Source: Candidatus Magasanikiibacteriota bacterium
GTDB taxonomy: Bacteria; Patescibacteriota; Patescibacteriia; Magasanikbacterales; GWA2-37-8
Assembly: GCA_009694865.1 (NCBI GenBank)
Contig: SICD01000001.1
Location: forward strand, 403 to 64,402
DNA length: 64,000 bases
Direction of reading: 5' to 3'
Part shown: in pieces, positions 34,897-44,690 of the stretch
How positions within the stretch are numbered: the first letter of the stretch is position 1
Layout of the letters: each line of letters starts with the position of its first letter
Made by a program: the position numbers and the translations under genes
The notes under the pieces: generated by a model
Databases searched by the model: none
What the model was told of the DNA's origin: nothing
Seen by the model: only the letters and a program-made list of their open reading frames with translations

Positions 34897-35955
34897 TCAC
34901 TCCACATCATTCGCCAAATTAAGATAGCCGTGGTCGCTGGGCCAGCGATAATGTGTGAGGACCCATTCGGCCAAATCCCTGGCTTCGCTAAAACGCGCGG
35001 TGTTCGAATCCGTTCCCAGCACCACTACGCGCACAGCGCGATGATTATCATCGGCGAGGCGTACCGCGAAATTATAACCAGACTCGGCAATGTAGCCGGT
35101 TTTACCAACAATATTTTCCTTATCAAAATTATTAGGCACCCAATTGTTTAACAGCCAATCCGTACTCCATACCCGGCGCGCTTGCTTGCTTCCAATGGGA
35201 TGAGCATAGTACTCGCCGATTTGGAGAGCGCTATAAATTTTATCGTTTTGCAGAGCGCGCTGGAGGAGCCGTACAACATCGCTGGCGCTCCCCACGTTTT
35301 GGGGGGAGAGGCCGGTTGGTTCGACAAAATGGAGGGTACGCAAACGCCACTCTTCGACTTGACTGTTCATTTTAGTTACAAACGCTTCTTCACTTAACCC
35401 ACTTGCTCTCACCAAGGCATTAATCGCGCTGTTGGACGACCCAACCAACGCCACGTGCCATAAATCTTCCAAAGTAAAACGCTCGCCCGCACTCACACTG
35501 TGACTGCCAGGGTCAATATCATCTTGTTCTACCACGGTAGTACTCGCCCAGTTAATTGGCAACCCCTGCAAAACCAAAGCGGTCATAAGTTTTGTAATGC
35601 TGGCCAGCGGCCGGGGAACAGCGCTATTTAATTCAAACAACGGAGCATTCGTTTTATCATCCACCACAATCGCGGCCGCCGCGCTCAAACCTCCTTCGAA
35701 AGGAGTGTTCGTAGTCGCCAACGGAATCTCTGGGTGCAGCGGCAACGATGGTGGCAACACATTGTCGCCTCCCGAACTTTCCGAAAGCCGAATAGTAGGC
35801 ACCGTGCCGCTAGCCACCATTTTTATTCCCGCTACCGCCGCTAGCGGCCGAGCTGGGGTGGCATGACTAAATGTAACCGAACCAACCAATAATAAAAACA
35901 CCCCTAAAATCATGAGGCCAAAAGAAGAGAGGAAATCGGAAAATTTATTAGACAT
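34897..35955 (-). CDS. D-alanyl-D-alanine carboxypeptidase (peptidase S11 / PBP5 family)
   Basis: SxxK (ASITKLMT), SxN (GSSNSA) and KTG (GKTGYI) motifs in the expected order, with a signal peptide. Confidence 0.75.
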   Translation of the reverse strand: MSNKFSDFLSSFGLMILGVFLLLVGSVTFSHATPARPLAAVAGIKMVASGTVPTIRLSESSGGDNVLPPSLPLHPEIPLATTNTPFEGGLSAAAAIVVDDKTNAPLFELNSAVPRPLASITKLMTALVLQGLPINWASTTVVEQDDIDPGSHSVSAGERFTLEDLWHVALVGSSNSAINALVRASGLSEEAFVTKMNSQVEEWRLRTLHFVEPTGLSPQNVGSASDVVRLLQRALQNDKIYSALQIGEYYAHPIGSKQARRVWSTDWLLNNWVPNNFDKENIVGKTGYIAESGYNFAVRLADDNHRAVRVVVLGTDSNTARFSEARDLAEWVLTHYRWPSDHGYLNLANDVE

Positions 35956-35964
35956 ATATTTTTA

Positions 35965-36069
35965 CTGTCATCCTGAGGGAGTGGAGCGACCGAAGGATCT
36001 AGTTCGCTGGCCAACTAGATTCTTCGCGGAGTTTATCCTGAGCGGAGCGAACGGGCTCAGAATGACAGA
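35965..36069. repeat. MITE-like element, subfamily A2 (termini ctgtcatcctgag...ctcagaatgacag)
   Basis: ctgtcatcctgagggagtggagcgaccgaaggatctagttcg...cgaacgggctcagaatgacag. Confidence 0.65.
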
Positions 36070-36078
36070 CCCTCTATG

Positions 36079-36621
36079 TTAGCTGGTTCCGGCCAAAACG
36101 TTAGTAATAAATTCATGTTTATGTAATTCTTGATAATCCGGCAATTCCTCAAGTGAAATCAATCCCATATGTCGCAAATATTCCATGGTTACTTCGTAAG
36201 TAGGCAAAAGATTGGCCACATCTTCGTTCTCTTTCACCAATCCGCGCATGAGTAAATTTCGTAGAATCAAACTGCAATTAACTCCGCGAATTTGTTCCAA
36301 TTCCGGTTTCGTAATTGGCCCGCAATATGAGATAACGGTAATCGTCTCGAGTTGTGGGCGAGTGAGCTCGCCGGAAATTTCCGCTTTCACAAATTGTTCG
36401 GCAATTTCGCGATTGGCCGGATTACTCACCAGTTGCCAATCTTCATTGGTGTGGAGCAGTGTTACGCCAGAATCGGCTCCGGAAAATTTGAGCATTAATT
36501 GACCAAGAGCATCCGACACATCTGTTTCTTGTGTGCCAAGAACTTTCGCCATTTTTTTGGCCGTCAAAGGTTTGCCCGCCACAAATAAAATGGATTCAAT
36601 TTTTGATGATACATTATTCAT
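36079..36621 (-). CDS. scpB: Segregation and condensation protein B
   Basis: ScpB pattern ...IESILFVAGKPL...QLETITVISY.... Its start overlaps the scpA stop (36618-36621). Confidence 0.8.
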   Translation of the reverse strand: MNNVSSKIESILFVAGKPLTAKKMAKVLGTQETDVSDALGQLMLKFSGADSGVTLLHTNEDWQLVSNPANREIAEQFVKAEISGELTRPQLETITVISYCGPITKPELEQIRGVNCSLILRNLLMRGLVKENEDVANLLPTYEVTMEYLRHMGLISLEELPDYQELHKHEFITNVLAGTS

Positions 36622-37313
36622 ACTCGTCGTATTTCCATGTCTCCAAACGCGTCCGATTGTTTAATCGTTATTTTTTCTTGTTTCACCAACTCAAGAAGTG
36701 CTAAAAAACTCACAATCACTTCCGTTTTATTTTCCGACTGGCCGAGCAATTTTTTAAAGCTTAAGTGCGTCCACTGCTTTAAAAAATTAAAAATTGATTC
36801 CACTTTTTGTTTTACCGAAAACGTATGATCAATCCGCACTTCTGGCAAGGGGGCGATTGGTTTTAAGCGTTTTAACAAAAAGACAAACGAAGCGTGCAAA
36901 TCGTGCGGGTGGGCGTTAACGGGAACCACCATTTCAGGAGATCGCGCGGGCGGCGGTTCAACTCGGCCATACGACACGTTTCCCTCGTTCCACAAATTTT
37001 CCACCAATTTACTCGCGTCGGCGTAGCGTTTATAAAGTTTAAGCTGGTCCGCGAGGCTCGGCCCCTCATCCTCCTCCGGGTACAGGTACGGCAACAACTG
37101 TTTTGATTTTAAATAGACGAGTTTCGTAGCAATGACCAAAAAATCCGCCAATAATTCCGACCGTTCGCCTCCCAGTGTATCAAGGTGCTTAAAATATTGC
37201 TCTGTCACCTGGCCGAGCGCGACCTCCGTAATATTTAATTTTTCTTCTTCAATGAGTTCAAGCAACAGTTCTAGCGGTCCCTGAAATTTTTCGAGCTTAA
37301 GCTCCGCTGTCAT
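36618..37313 (-). CDS. scpA: Segregation and condensation protein A
   Basis: ScpA N-terminus LKLEKFQGPLELLLELIEEEKLNITEVALGQVTEQY. Confidence 0.8.
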   Translation of the reverse strand: MTAELKLEKFQGPLELLLELIEEEKLNITEVALGQVTEQYFKHLDTLGGERSELLADFLVIATKLVYLKSKQLLPYLYPEEDEGPSLADQLKLYKRYADASKLVENLWNEGNVSYGRVEPPPARSPEMVVPVNAHPHDLHASFVFLLKRLKPIAPLPEVRIDHTFSVKQKVESIFNFLKQWTHLSFKKLLGQSENKTEVIVSFLALLELVKQEKITIKQSDAFGDMEIRRV

Positions 37314-37318
37314 AGTAT

Positions 37319-38656
37319 TTATTGTTTGTTCTCCGGCGGGGACAACTGTAAATCAATGCGGTTTAAATCACGGGGGAAAAGCACTGCCTCTTTTACATTG
37401 GGTATTTCGAGCATTCTAGCCGTAATTCTTTCTAACCCCGTGGAACACCCACCGTGTGGGGGCATGCCATACTTAAAAGCTTCCAAATAAAACGAAAATT
37501 TTTCCGGATCTAATCCGCGGCTCTTAATTTTCTCTACTAATGTCTCGTATGAGTGGACGCGCTGAGCACCACTGTTAATCTCAAGCCCCCGGAACAGCAA
37601 ATCAAACCCGCGGGATAACGGCGCTTCACTCGGCTCTTCATAGGTATACCATGCCCGCGCTTTAGTTGGGAAGTGTGTTATAAAAACAAAATCAGAATTT
37701 TTTTCTTTTTTCGCCCATTCGCAAATGGCCCGTTCCTGTTCCGGATCCAGATCATCGCTGTGGGGAGCTCCCAAAATATCCTGCGCTTCGTGGAGTTTAA
37801 AAATGGGGAATTTCTCTCCCGAGAGCGGTAATGGAACGCCGCGTTTGGCAAACACACTAGCGTGCTTCTCTACCACCCGGGCCACAATATGCTTAATTAC
37901 TTTTTCAAGCATTGCCATCACATCGTATTGGTCGTTAATAAAACCCATTTCAAAATCCATTTGTACAATCTCACTCAAATGCCGCGTGGTAGCGCTTTTT
38001 TCCGCCCGAAAAATTTTCGCCGTGGTAAACACACGCTCAAATACGCCTGTCATGATTTGCTTGTACAGCTGCGGACTGGTAGCCAGATAAGCCTTTTGGT
38101 TGTAAAAATAATCAACCTTAAACACTGCCGAACCGCCTTCGGCGTCACCACCCACCAAGGCAGGCGACTGAAACTCGGTAAACTGTTCCTGTGCCAAAGC
38201 TTCACGGAAACTTTGAATGATGGTTTCCTGCACCTTAAAAACATCCTGCCAGCGTTCGGCGCGCAGGGTAATCGGCAAATGATCTAAGTGGATGTCGAGG
38301 CCAACTTTGTCGTCTTCCAAATCAATTGGGAGCGGTTCGGCCATGGAAAGCACGCGGAGTTCTTTAATTAGGACTTCGACATTGCCGGTTGGGACATTTG
38401 AATTCTTCTGTTTCTCCCCGCGCTCCTGCACCACACCCGTAACTTCAACCACCCACTCGTGCCGAACGTCTTTCATCCGCTCCACCGATTCCGCGTCCAT
38501 TTGGCTCGACACTCCCACCAACTGCACAATGCCGCCCCGATCACGCAAATCCAAAAACACAATTTTACCCATGTTGCGCCGAGCATTAATCCAACCTTTT
38601 AAAAGGACTTCTTCGCCTATTTTGGTTACCGTTTCAATGGAAAGAGTGCGATTCAT
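37319..38656 (-). CDS. Class IIb aspartyl/asparaginyl-tRNA synthetase (445 aa; archaeal-type AspRS or AsnRS, which cannot be told apart by eye)
   Basis: N-terminal OB fold (VLLKGWINARRNMGKIVFLDLRD), SPQLYKQ, and motif 3 PPHGGCSTGLERITARML...LFPRD. Confidence 0.8.
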   Translation of the reverse strand: MNRTLSIETVTKIGEEVLLKGWINARRNMGKIVFLDLRDRGGIVQLVGVSSQMDAESVERMKDVRHEWVVEVTGVVQERGEKQKNSNVPTGNVEVLIKELRVLSMAEPLPIDLEDDKVGLDIHLDHLPITLRAERWQDVFKVQETIIQSFREALAQEQFTEFQSPALVGGDAEGGSAVFKVDYFYNQKAYLATSPQLYKQIMTGVFERVFTTAKIFRAEKSATTRHLSEIVQMDFEMGFINDQYDVMAMLEKVIKHIVARVVEKHASVFAKRGVPLPLSGEKFPIFKLHEAQDILGAPHSDDLDPEQERAICEWAKKEKNSDFVFITHFPTKARAWYTYEEPSEAPLSRGFDLLFRGLEINSGAQRVHSYETLVEKIKSRGLDPEKFSFYLEAFKYGMPPHGGCSTGLERITARMLEIPNVKEAVLFPRDLNRIDLQLSPPENKQ

Positions 38657-38659
38657 AAA

Positions 38660-39004
38660 TTATTTATCCTTTCTCGCCGCTAACGCAAACTTGAAAAAAT
38701 ATTTTTCCAACCCCTCCGGGGTATCATTGTATTCCCTTTTCCCATAAAACGTATCAGCCACCACCTCGCGCGCTCGACAAATTTCTTTTAAACGTTTGCG
38801 CCAACGGGTGTCGGCCATCGTCAAATCGAGCAAATCAAAGGCACGGTCAAGCGCCTGGTTCCGGCGGCTCACATCACCTTGGCGCTCCCATTTAGTCGCC
38901 CGACCAATTTCACTCCCCACATTTCCCAATTGTTCACAGAGCGTCATGGTAAACCAGCTGCCAGCGGCTATATTTTTATGAATTGCATCAGCCATATCAA
39001 ACAA
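38660..39004 (-). CDS. Small all-alpha protein, possibly a MazG-like NTP pyrophosphohydrolase
   Basis: Weak pattern recall only (...CEQLGNVGSEIGRATKWERQG...DRAFDLLDLTM...). Confidence 0.3.
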   Translation of the reverse strand: MFDMADAIHKNIAAGSWFTMTLCEQLGNVGSEIGRATKWERQGDVSRRNQALDRAFDLLDLTMADTRWRKRLKEICRAREVVADTFYGKREYNDTPEGLEKYFFKFALAARKDK

Positions 39005-39362
39005 TTAATTTGCGCACCACCTCGCGAATACGATTCTGGGCATCAATGTCTTCCACCGAACGCGAACGATTATTTTGTTTTGGCCGCAGATTAATCATGG
39101 AATCAAACTCCAGAAAATCCAACCCGCTCACGTCAGGGTACAAATTTATTCCCCAAAGATTCTCTTGCGCCGAACCATGTTCGAGCATCACCGCTTCTTC
39201 ATCCGCGTGCAGATCGCCGCCAATCGCCATAATTTCTTGATTAACATCCACAACCGCCTTTACCATATTGCCAAACCGCTCCGCTGCCACGTTTTTTAAG
39301 TCAGCGAGCGAAATTGGCTCGGTTATTATTTTAATGCTATTTTCATCGGTGGGCTTATTCAT
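38997..39362 (-). CDS. Hypothetical protein (121 aa; DUF5674-like pattern ...IGGDLHADEE..LLEHGSAQENLWGINLYP...)
   Basis: ORF plus pattern recall. Its 3' end overlaps the next gene by 8 nt. Confidence 0.35.
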   Translation of the reverse strand: MNKPTDENSIKIITEPISLADLKNVAAERFGNMVKAVVDVNQEIMAIGGDLHADEEAVMLEHGSAQENLWGINLYPDVSGLDFLEFDSMINLRPKQNNRSRSVEDIDAQNRIREVVRKLIV

Positions 39363-39502
39363 ACAAGAACTTTATTGTAACAAAACAATTCGAAAAAATT
39401 CGTGTTTCAAATTTGTGTTTCCCATTGTAACAGATAAAAAAATACCTGGCAACTCTATTTATTGTAACTATTCATTACTTTCCCAAACAACACGCGATCA
39501 CT

Positions 39503-39638
39503 TGTCATTTCGACCGAAGCGACCGTAGGAGCGAAGTGGAGAAATCGCTTAACAACGTTGGCCAATTGGTGAAAGGGATTCTTCGACGGAGTTTACCCTG
39601 AGCGAGCGACAGTGAGTCGAACGGGCTCAGAATGACAG
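39503..39638. repeat. MITE-like element subfamily A2
   Basis: cttgtcatttcgaccgaagcgaccgtaggagcgaagtggag...gagcgagcgacagtgagtcgaacgggctcagaatgacag. Confidence 0.65.
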
Positions 39639-39692
39639 CGTTTGGAAAGAAGTGAATAGATACCTCCCAAACTTCCCATACAAGCCAGTAAG

Positions 39693-40955
39693 TTAGATAG
39701 TCACCAAACAGACCAAAAGCCCCAACAGCGCCACGGTTTGCACAATAATATGGGGATGTTGGCGACGAAACTCAATAACGATATTTAAAACTAATACCAG
39801 GCTAAAAAATATAAGGAAACCTAAATAAATTCCCTGCGACGCGGAAAATAACCATTTAAACGACGGCAAAACTTGCGCGTTAAAATATTGCTCCATCGGG
39901 CTGGGGGCGGTAACTTTGACAGTATACCAATCAATACTATCAGTCACTTCCTGTCCTTGGGGCGCACGAATTATAATACTCGGAATAATAATCGGATGAA
40001 AAAAAGTCTCTGGCGACAAGGGAACTCGGAGGTCGGCTGTCCAATCATCGCTCGCCGGGTCGGATGTAAGCGGAATTGAATACTGCCCCACAATCACGCT
40101 CGCCCCGGCCACCGGCCCAGTCAAACGCGCTTTAATAGTGAGAACTGTTTGGTTATTATCCCCCGCCCAAAAAACATGGGAGTGTTCTTTATCAATTGCC
40201 GGAAGGTTTTGCGCAACTGGAGCACTGACTTTTTCTCCCTTTACCTTTGGAGCCAAAGCTAAACGACTGGTCGCGCTTGGTACGGTAGAGTGTGCCGCTG
40301 GTTTAGCAACAATTAAATTCGACGCAGTCGCGACAACAAGGGGAGGGGCTCCAAAATGCTGGGCCACAAATACCGTGGGAATTCCACTGTACTCACCCGC
40401 TTCTAGCCCCAAACCAAACTCACGATAATCGGCGTCGAGTAAATTTTGATAATGCGTTGGACTTTTCAGCCAAGCCCCAATTACTTCTTCGCCGCTTTTA
40501 AATCCCATGGCCAAATTTTCCCCGGCCACACCATAACGATATCCGGCTTGGCTTAAAAAATACTGCAGGGTATGTGCTTTAGGCCCAAAATGGCTAAAAT
40601 AATTATTCTCGGCCATGTCATTGGCTTTGGCCGTGGCCGAACTATTTAATTTGTTCTGGACGATAAGCTCCGGAAGGCCGTGCTGGGCACGCGCACTATT
40701 CGTGAGGTCAATAATGTTTTGATAATGCACCGCCAAAACATCCGGCGCCAAATAGGCCCGCGCGGGAATAAATAACACTGTGACAAAAACAATCAATTTT
40801 AAACCCAAAAAAACCGTGCTATAAAAAATAGCGCGTTTGGTGTGCAAAATGTGCGGGTGGTAGTTATTCCCATGATGGGGAATAAAAAAGTCGTGTAACT
40901 TTGAAGACATAATCGCAAGCCCCCCCCTCGAGGGGGCGGTTGTATTGATTAACAA
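39693..40955 (-). CDS. Membrane protein with a CAP (SCP/PR-1, YkwD-like) domain
   Basis: N-terminal TM. CAP signature ...NDMAENNYFSHFGP...GENLAMG...WLKSPTHYQNLL...DYREFGLG.... C-terminal TM helices. Confidence 0.65.
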   Translation of the reverse strand: MLINTTAPSRGGLAIMSSKLHDFFIPHHGNNYHPHILHTKRAIFYSTVFLGLKLIVFVTVLFIPARAYLAPDVLAVHYQNIIDLTNSARAQHGLPELIVQNKLNSSATAKANDMAENNYFSHFGPKAHTLQYFLSQAGYRYGVAGENLAMGFKSGEEVIGAWLKSPTHYQNLLDADYREFGLGLEAGEYSGIPTVFVAQHFGAPPLVVATASNLIVAKPAAHSTVPSATSRLALAPKVKGEKVSAPVAQNLPAIDKEHSHVFWAGDNNQTVLTIKARLTGPVAGASVIVGQYSIPLTSDPASDDWTADLRVPLSPETFFHPIIIPSIIIRAPQGQEVTDSIDWYTVKVTAPSPMEQYFNAQVLPSFKWLFSASQGIYLGFLIFFSLVLVLNIVIEFRRQHPHIIVQTVALLGLLVCLVTI

Positions 40956-41947
40956 AATTCTTCGGCCATTTCAATAAGCCGATGCGCGTACCCGGCTTCG
41001 TTATCGTACCAGGCCACTACTTTAACTAAGTTACCACCAACAACGTTCGTGAGTGCCAAATCTACCGTGGCCGAATATGTGTTGCCAATAAAATCGGATG
41101 AAACGAGTGGCTCATTTGTTACTGCCAAAATATTTTTAAACCGCGGCGACTCGGCCGCCTTCGTCAAAGCCGCATTAATTTGCTCCTTCGTCACGTCACG
41201 TTTAAGAACTGCCGTGATATCAGAAAGTGAAACCGTGGTCACTGGCACACGAATGGCGACTCCGTCAAAAATACCATGAAGCTCGGGGATGGCTTCCGTC
41301 GTGGCCAGTGCGGCTCCGGTCGTGGTCGGGACAATATTCGCGGCGGCGGCGCGTGCCCGGCGCAAATCTTTATGCGGCCCATCCTGAAGATTTTGATCAG
41401 CAGTATACCCGTGCACTGTCGTCATCATCGCCTTCTCGATACCAAACGTGTCTTCTAAAACTTGCATCACCGGTGAAATGCAATTTGTTGTACACGACGC
41501 ATTATTTATCACCTTTACTTTTTCGCCTTTTACTTTTTTACTATTCACAGACATTACATATGTTGGCACATCACCGCCCTTGGCTGGCGCGCTAATAATC
41601 ACTTTCTTGGCTCCCGCTTTTAAATGGAGCCCGGCCCCCTCTTTATCCGTAAACCGCCCGGTACACTCCAGCACCACATCCACTTTTAATTTAGCCCACG
41701 GGAGCAGGCTTGGATCTTTTTCCGCAAACACCGGAATTTTTTTGGTGCCAATAATAATATTTTTTTCATCGTGAGAAATCGCCATCGGCCAGGTGCCATA
41801 GGCCGTGTCGTATTTTAAAAGATGCGCCAAGGTTTTGGTGTCGGTTAAATCGTTGATGGCCACAATTTTAATATCCTTTTTTAAAAACGCGGCCTTAAGC
41901 GCTTGCCGCCCAATGCGACCAAAACCATTAATTGCGATGTTTGTCAT
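40949..41947 (-). CDS. gap: Glyceraldehyde-3-phosphate dehydrogenase
   Basis: INGFGRIGR near the N-terminus, the active-site motif ASCTTNCISP, and ...WYDNEAGYA... at the C-terminus. Confidence 0.9.
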   Translation of the reverse strand: MTNIAINGFGRIGRQALKAAFLKKDIKIVAINDLTDTKTLAHLLKYDTAYGTWPMAISHDEKNIIIGTKKIPVFAEKDPSLLPWAKLKVDVVLECTGRFTDKEGAGLHLKAGAKKVIISAPAKGGDVPTYVMSVNSKKVKGEKVKVINNASCTTNCISPVMQVLEDTFGIEKAMMTTVHGYTADQNLQDGPHKDLRRARAAAANIVPTTTGAALATTEAIPELHGIFDGVAIRVPVTTVSLSDITAVLKRDVTKEQINAALTKAAESPRFKNILAVTNEPLVSSDFIGNTYSATVDLALTNVVGGNLVKVVAWYDNEAGYAHRLIEMAEEFC

Positions 41948-41967
41948 ATCAAAAAATAAATTTCAAA

Positions 41968-42387
41968 TTAATAGAATTCTCTATAACGAAAAGCTCCGGG
42001 GTGCCCTTTAATATCCAACAATAGACTTTTGTGATAACCAAAATGGGATGAGGCAACCGCAAAATGCGTCTCCGCCATTTTCTTCAACAATTGTTCGTAC
42101 AGGGCTTTAGCTTTAGCCGGGCTCGCAATCGAAGATGACAAATGGACGAACGGGCTGATTAAAATATTCTGTACACCCAACTCCTCCGCTGTTTTCAGTA
42201 TCTCATGATATAAATCTACCAGCTGCTTAGTAGCATCGTCTTTCTCGGCGCAAAACAATACGCTCAAACACTGCGTCATTTTACCATTTGATCCTGAAGG
42301 ATCTTCCGGTTCAATAGCGACTGGTCGCGACGATGGTTCAACCAAGCGAGATTCAAACCGGTTAGTATGTAATAATAAAGCCCGCAT
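41968..42387 (-). CDS. Free-standing archaeal-type threonyl-tRNA synthetase editing domain (ThrRS-ed / tRNA-Thr_ED, DTD-like fold)
   Basis: MRALLLHTNRFESRLV..., ISPFVHLSSSIASP and SHFGYHKSLLLDIKGHPGAFR align with the N-terminal editing domain of archaeal ThrRS (MRVLLIHSDYIEYEV..., [34 protein letters not shown]). Confidence 0.7.
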   Translation of the reverse strand: MRALLLHTNRFESRLVEPSSRPVAIEPEDPSGSNGKMTQCLSVLFCAEKDDATKQLVDLYHEILKTAEELGVQNILISPFVHLSSSIASPAKAKALYEQLLKKMAETHFAVASSHFGYHKSLLLDIKGHPGAFRYREFY

Positions 42388-42412
42388 AAGTTAGCCTATA
42401 GTATACTCTATG

Positions 42413-43714
42413 TTAGAGTACTTTTGCAAAAACACACTTTAAATACTCCCCTTCCGTAAACGCCGCCAGTTCCGGGTGGTCAATGCCGTGGGTGAATGTT
42501 TCCAGTACTTGCACAGTCCTTCCGGCCCGAGCTGCCGCCTCCGACAACATAAACCTAAAATCCTCCAGCCGCACGTGAGCCGAGCATGAGCAGGTCAAAA
42601 GAATGCCCCCTGGCGGCAAAATGCGTAAAGCCATCTCATTAATTTTCCTGTATCCTTGTAACCCTTCTTTTATTTTGTGCCGATCTTTAACAAACGCTGG
42701 TGGGTCTAAAATAATCACATCAAATTCGCCCGACTGACAATCCGTTAGATATTCCTTCACATCCGCCAAAATAAATTCGCATTTTGATTCGTCCAATTTA
42801 TTTAATTTCACATTCTCTTCGGCCAGCTCAAGTGCTGGTTGCGAAGCATCCACGCTCACCACACTCTTAGCGCCCGCGCCGAGGGCATAAACTGAAAAAC
42901 CGCCGGTATAAGAAAAACAATTCAACACTTTTTTATTCATTACATATTTTTGTAGAGCCAAACGCTTATCCCGCTGATCCAAGAAAAACCCCGTTTTCTG
43001 TCCACCAATAATATCGACCCAAAACAAATAGCCGTTCTCTTTTATCTTTACTCTCTCCGGCACTTCGCCAAAAAGCAAACCGACTTTTTCGTTGTCATTC
43101 CGAGCGAAGTCGAGGAATCCCTTGGTTTGGCCAGGAGGGATTTCTCCACTGCGCTTCGCTTCGGTCGAAATGACAGAATGTGCGCTATGCCCCGTACGAC
43201 GTCCAACATCCGACCGCTCATAAATCCCTTTTGGTTTTAAAATCTTAACGAGCGCTTTCACAATCAAATCTTTCCAATGTTCGATCCCCGGATTATGAAA
43301 CTGAACGGAAAGATACTCGGCGTATTTATCAACAATTAGCCCCGGCAACAAATCATTTTCCGCGTGGATTAATCGATACGCGTTCGTCTGTGTCCCCCTG
43401 CCCGAGGGGGACTGTAGGGGGGAGGGAGTGTTGGCGACAAAATCTTTGCGCAACTCATAAGCCCGTTTGAGGCGTTTCTCAAAAAATTCCGCGTCAACCA
43501 TCTCCTCTTTATCCCAACTCCAAATCCGCACCGCGATTTGCGAATACGAATTAAAAAAACCCTGCGCCAAAAAATTGCCTTGCTCATCGTGGAGTACTAC
43601 CGGCTCGCCGCTCGTGAGTCCTTCCGGAATATTTTTCAACGCGCCCGAAAACACCCACGGATGCCTTCCGCGAATTGGTCCAACACGTTCTTTTTTAACT
43701 ATTAGTGTAACCAT
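42413..43714 (-). CDS. rlmI: PUA-domain class I SAM-dependent rRNA (m5C) methyltransferase, RlmI-like, carrying in-frame repeat insertions
   Basis: N-terminal PUA-like VKKERVGPIRGRHPWVFSG and a SAM-methyltransferase core (...DPPAF...). MITE 43092-43176 and a GC hairpin at 43391-43410 are read through in-frame. Confidence 0.7.
   Translation of the reverse strand: MVTLIVKKERVGPIRGRHPWVFSGALKNIPEGLTSGEPVVLHDEQGNFLAQGFFNSYSQIAVRIWSWDKEEMVDAEFFEKRLKRAYELRKDFVANTPSPLQSPSGRGTQTNAYRLIHAENDLLPGLIVDKYAEYLSVQFHNPGIEHWKDLIVKALVKILKPKGIYERSDVGRRTGHSAHSVISTEAKRSGEIPPGQTKGFLDFARNDNEKVGLLFGEVPERVKIKENGYLFWVDIIGGQKTGFFLDQRDKRLALQKYVMNKKVLNCFSYTGGFSVYALGAGAKSVVSVDASQPALELAEENVKLNKLDESKCEFILADVKEYLTDCQSGEFDVIILDPPAFVKDRHKIKEGLQGYRKINEMALRILPPGGILLTCSCSAHVRLEDFRFMLSEAAARAGRTVQVLETFTHGIDHPELAAFTEGEYLKCVFAKVL
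43092..43176. repeat. MITE family A copy inserted in-frame within rlmI
   Basis: ttgtcattccgagcgaagtcgaggaatcccttggtttggccaggagggatttctccactgcgcttcgcttcggtcgaaatgacag. Confidence 0.65.
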
Positions 43715-43809
43715 AAGAATGCACGCATTATACCATTTTTAGGCCTAAAAAACAAGAGACGCCTTCAAGGCGTCTCTACTTTAATAGACCTGATAACTTT
43801 ATGAACTTG

Positions 43810-44688
43810 CTACTTGTTCACTTGCTCCGCTACTTCCGCCACAAAATCTTTCGTTACCTTCTCAATCCCCTCGCCCAATTCGTATCGAACGAATCGGACA
43901 ATCGTCGCGCCTTTGCCCTTGGCCAGGTCGCCCACCTTCACATCTTCGTTCTTAATGAACGCTTGTTCCAGCAAAGTAACATCACTATAAAATTTATCTA
44001 TTTTACCTTTAAGAATATTTTCAATAATATTCTCCGGCTTGCCCGCTGCTTTAAGCTGGGCGGCGTACACATCACGTTCGCTTGCAAGTAAAGCGGCATC
44101 AACGCCCGAACGATCCAAAGCCTTAGGGTTACTGGCGGCCACATGCATAGCCACGTCGGTGCCAAGTTCCGCGTCACCACCAGTCATTTCAATCATGACG
44201 CCAATTTTACTGCCGTGTAAATATGAGTACACTTTTCCGACACTTGACTCGTAGCGCGTAAACCGGCGCACGCTAATTTTTTCACCGATTTTTAAGGTGA
44301 GATTATTCGCAGTTTCGCCGACGGTTCCGCCAGCCCCGAGTTTGGTGTTTTGGAGAGCGTCAACATCAACTGGATTTTCTTTCGCCACAACTTCTGCCAC
44401 GCTTTTGGCAAACGCTCCAAAATCCGCACTCTGTCCCACAAAATCCGTTTCACAATTTACCTCAACCAAAACCCCCGCTTTGCTGTCAACGGAAATAAAA
44501 CTAGCAACCAACCCTTCGGCCGCCACCTTGTCGGCCCGCTTGGCCGCTTTAAGAATTCCTTTTTTGCGCAAAAGATCAACGGCTTTGTCCATATCGCCAC
44601 CCGCCTCTTCCAACGCGTTTTTACAATCCATCATGCCCGCCCCAGTAGAATTCCGGAGCTTCATGACGTCAGAAGCACTTATTGTCAT
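43810..44688 (-). CDS. tsf: Elongation factor Ts
   Basis: N-terminal UBA-like VMKLRNSTGAGMMDCKNALEEAGGDMDKAVDLLRKKG and a duplicated EF-Ts core. Confidence 0.9.
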   Translation of the reverse strand: MTISASDVMKLRNSTGAGMMDCKNALEEAGGDMDKAVDLLRKKGILKAAKRADKVAAEGLVASFISVDSKAGVLVEVNCETDFVGQSADFGAFAKSVAEVVAKENPVDVDALQNTKLGAGGTVGETANNLTLKIGEKISVRRFTRYESSVGKVYSYLHGSKIGVMIEMTGGDAELGTDVAMHVAASNPKALDRSGVDAALLASERDVYAAQLKAAGKPENIIENILKGKIDKFYSDVTLLEQAFIKNEDVKVGDLAKGKGATIVRFVRYELGEGIEKVTKDFVAEVAEQVNK

Positions 44689-44690
44689 AT

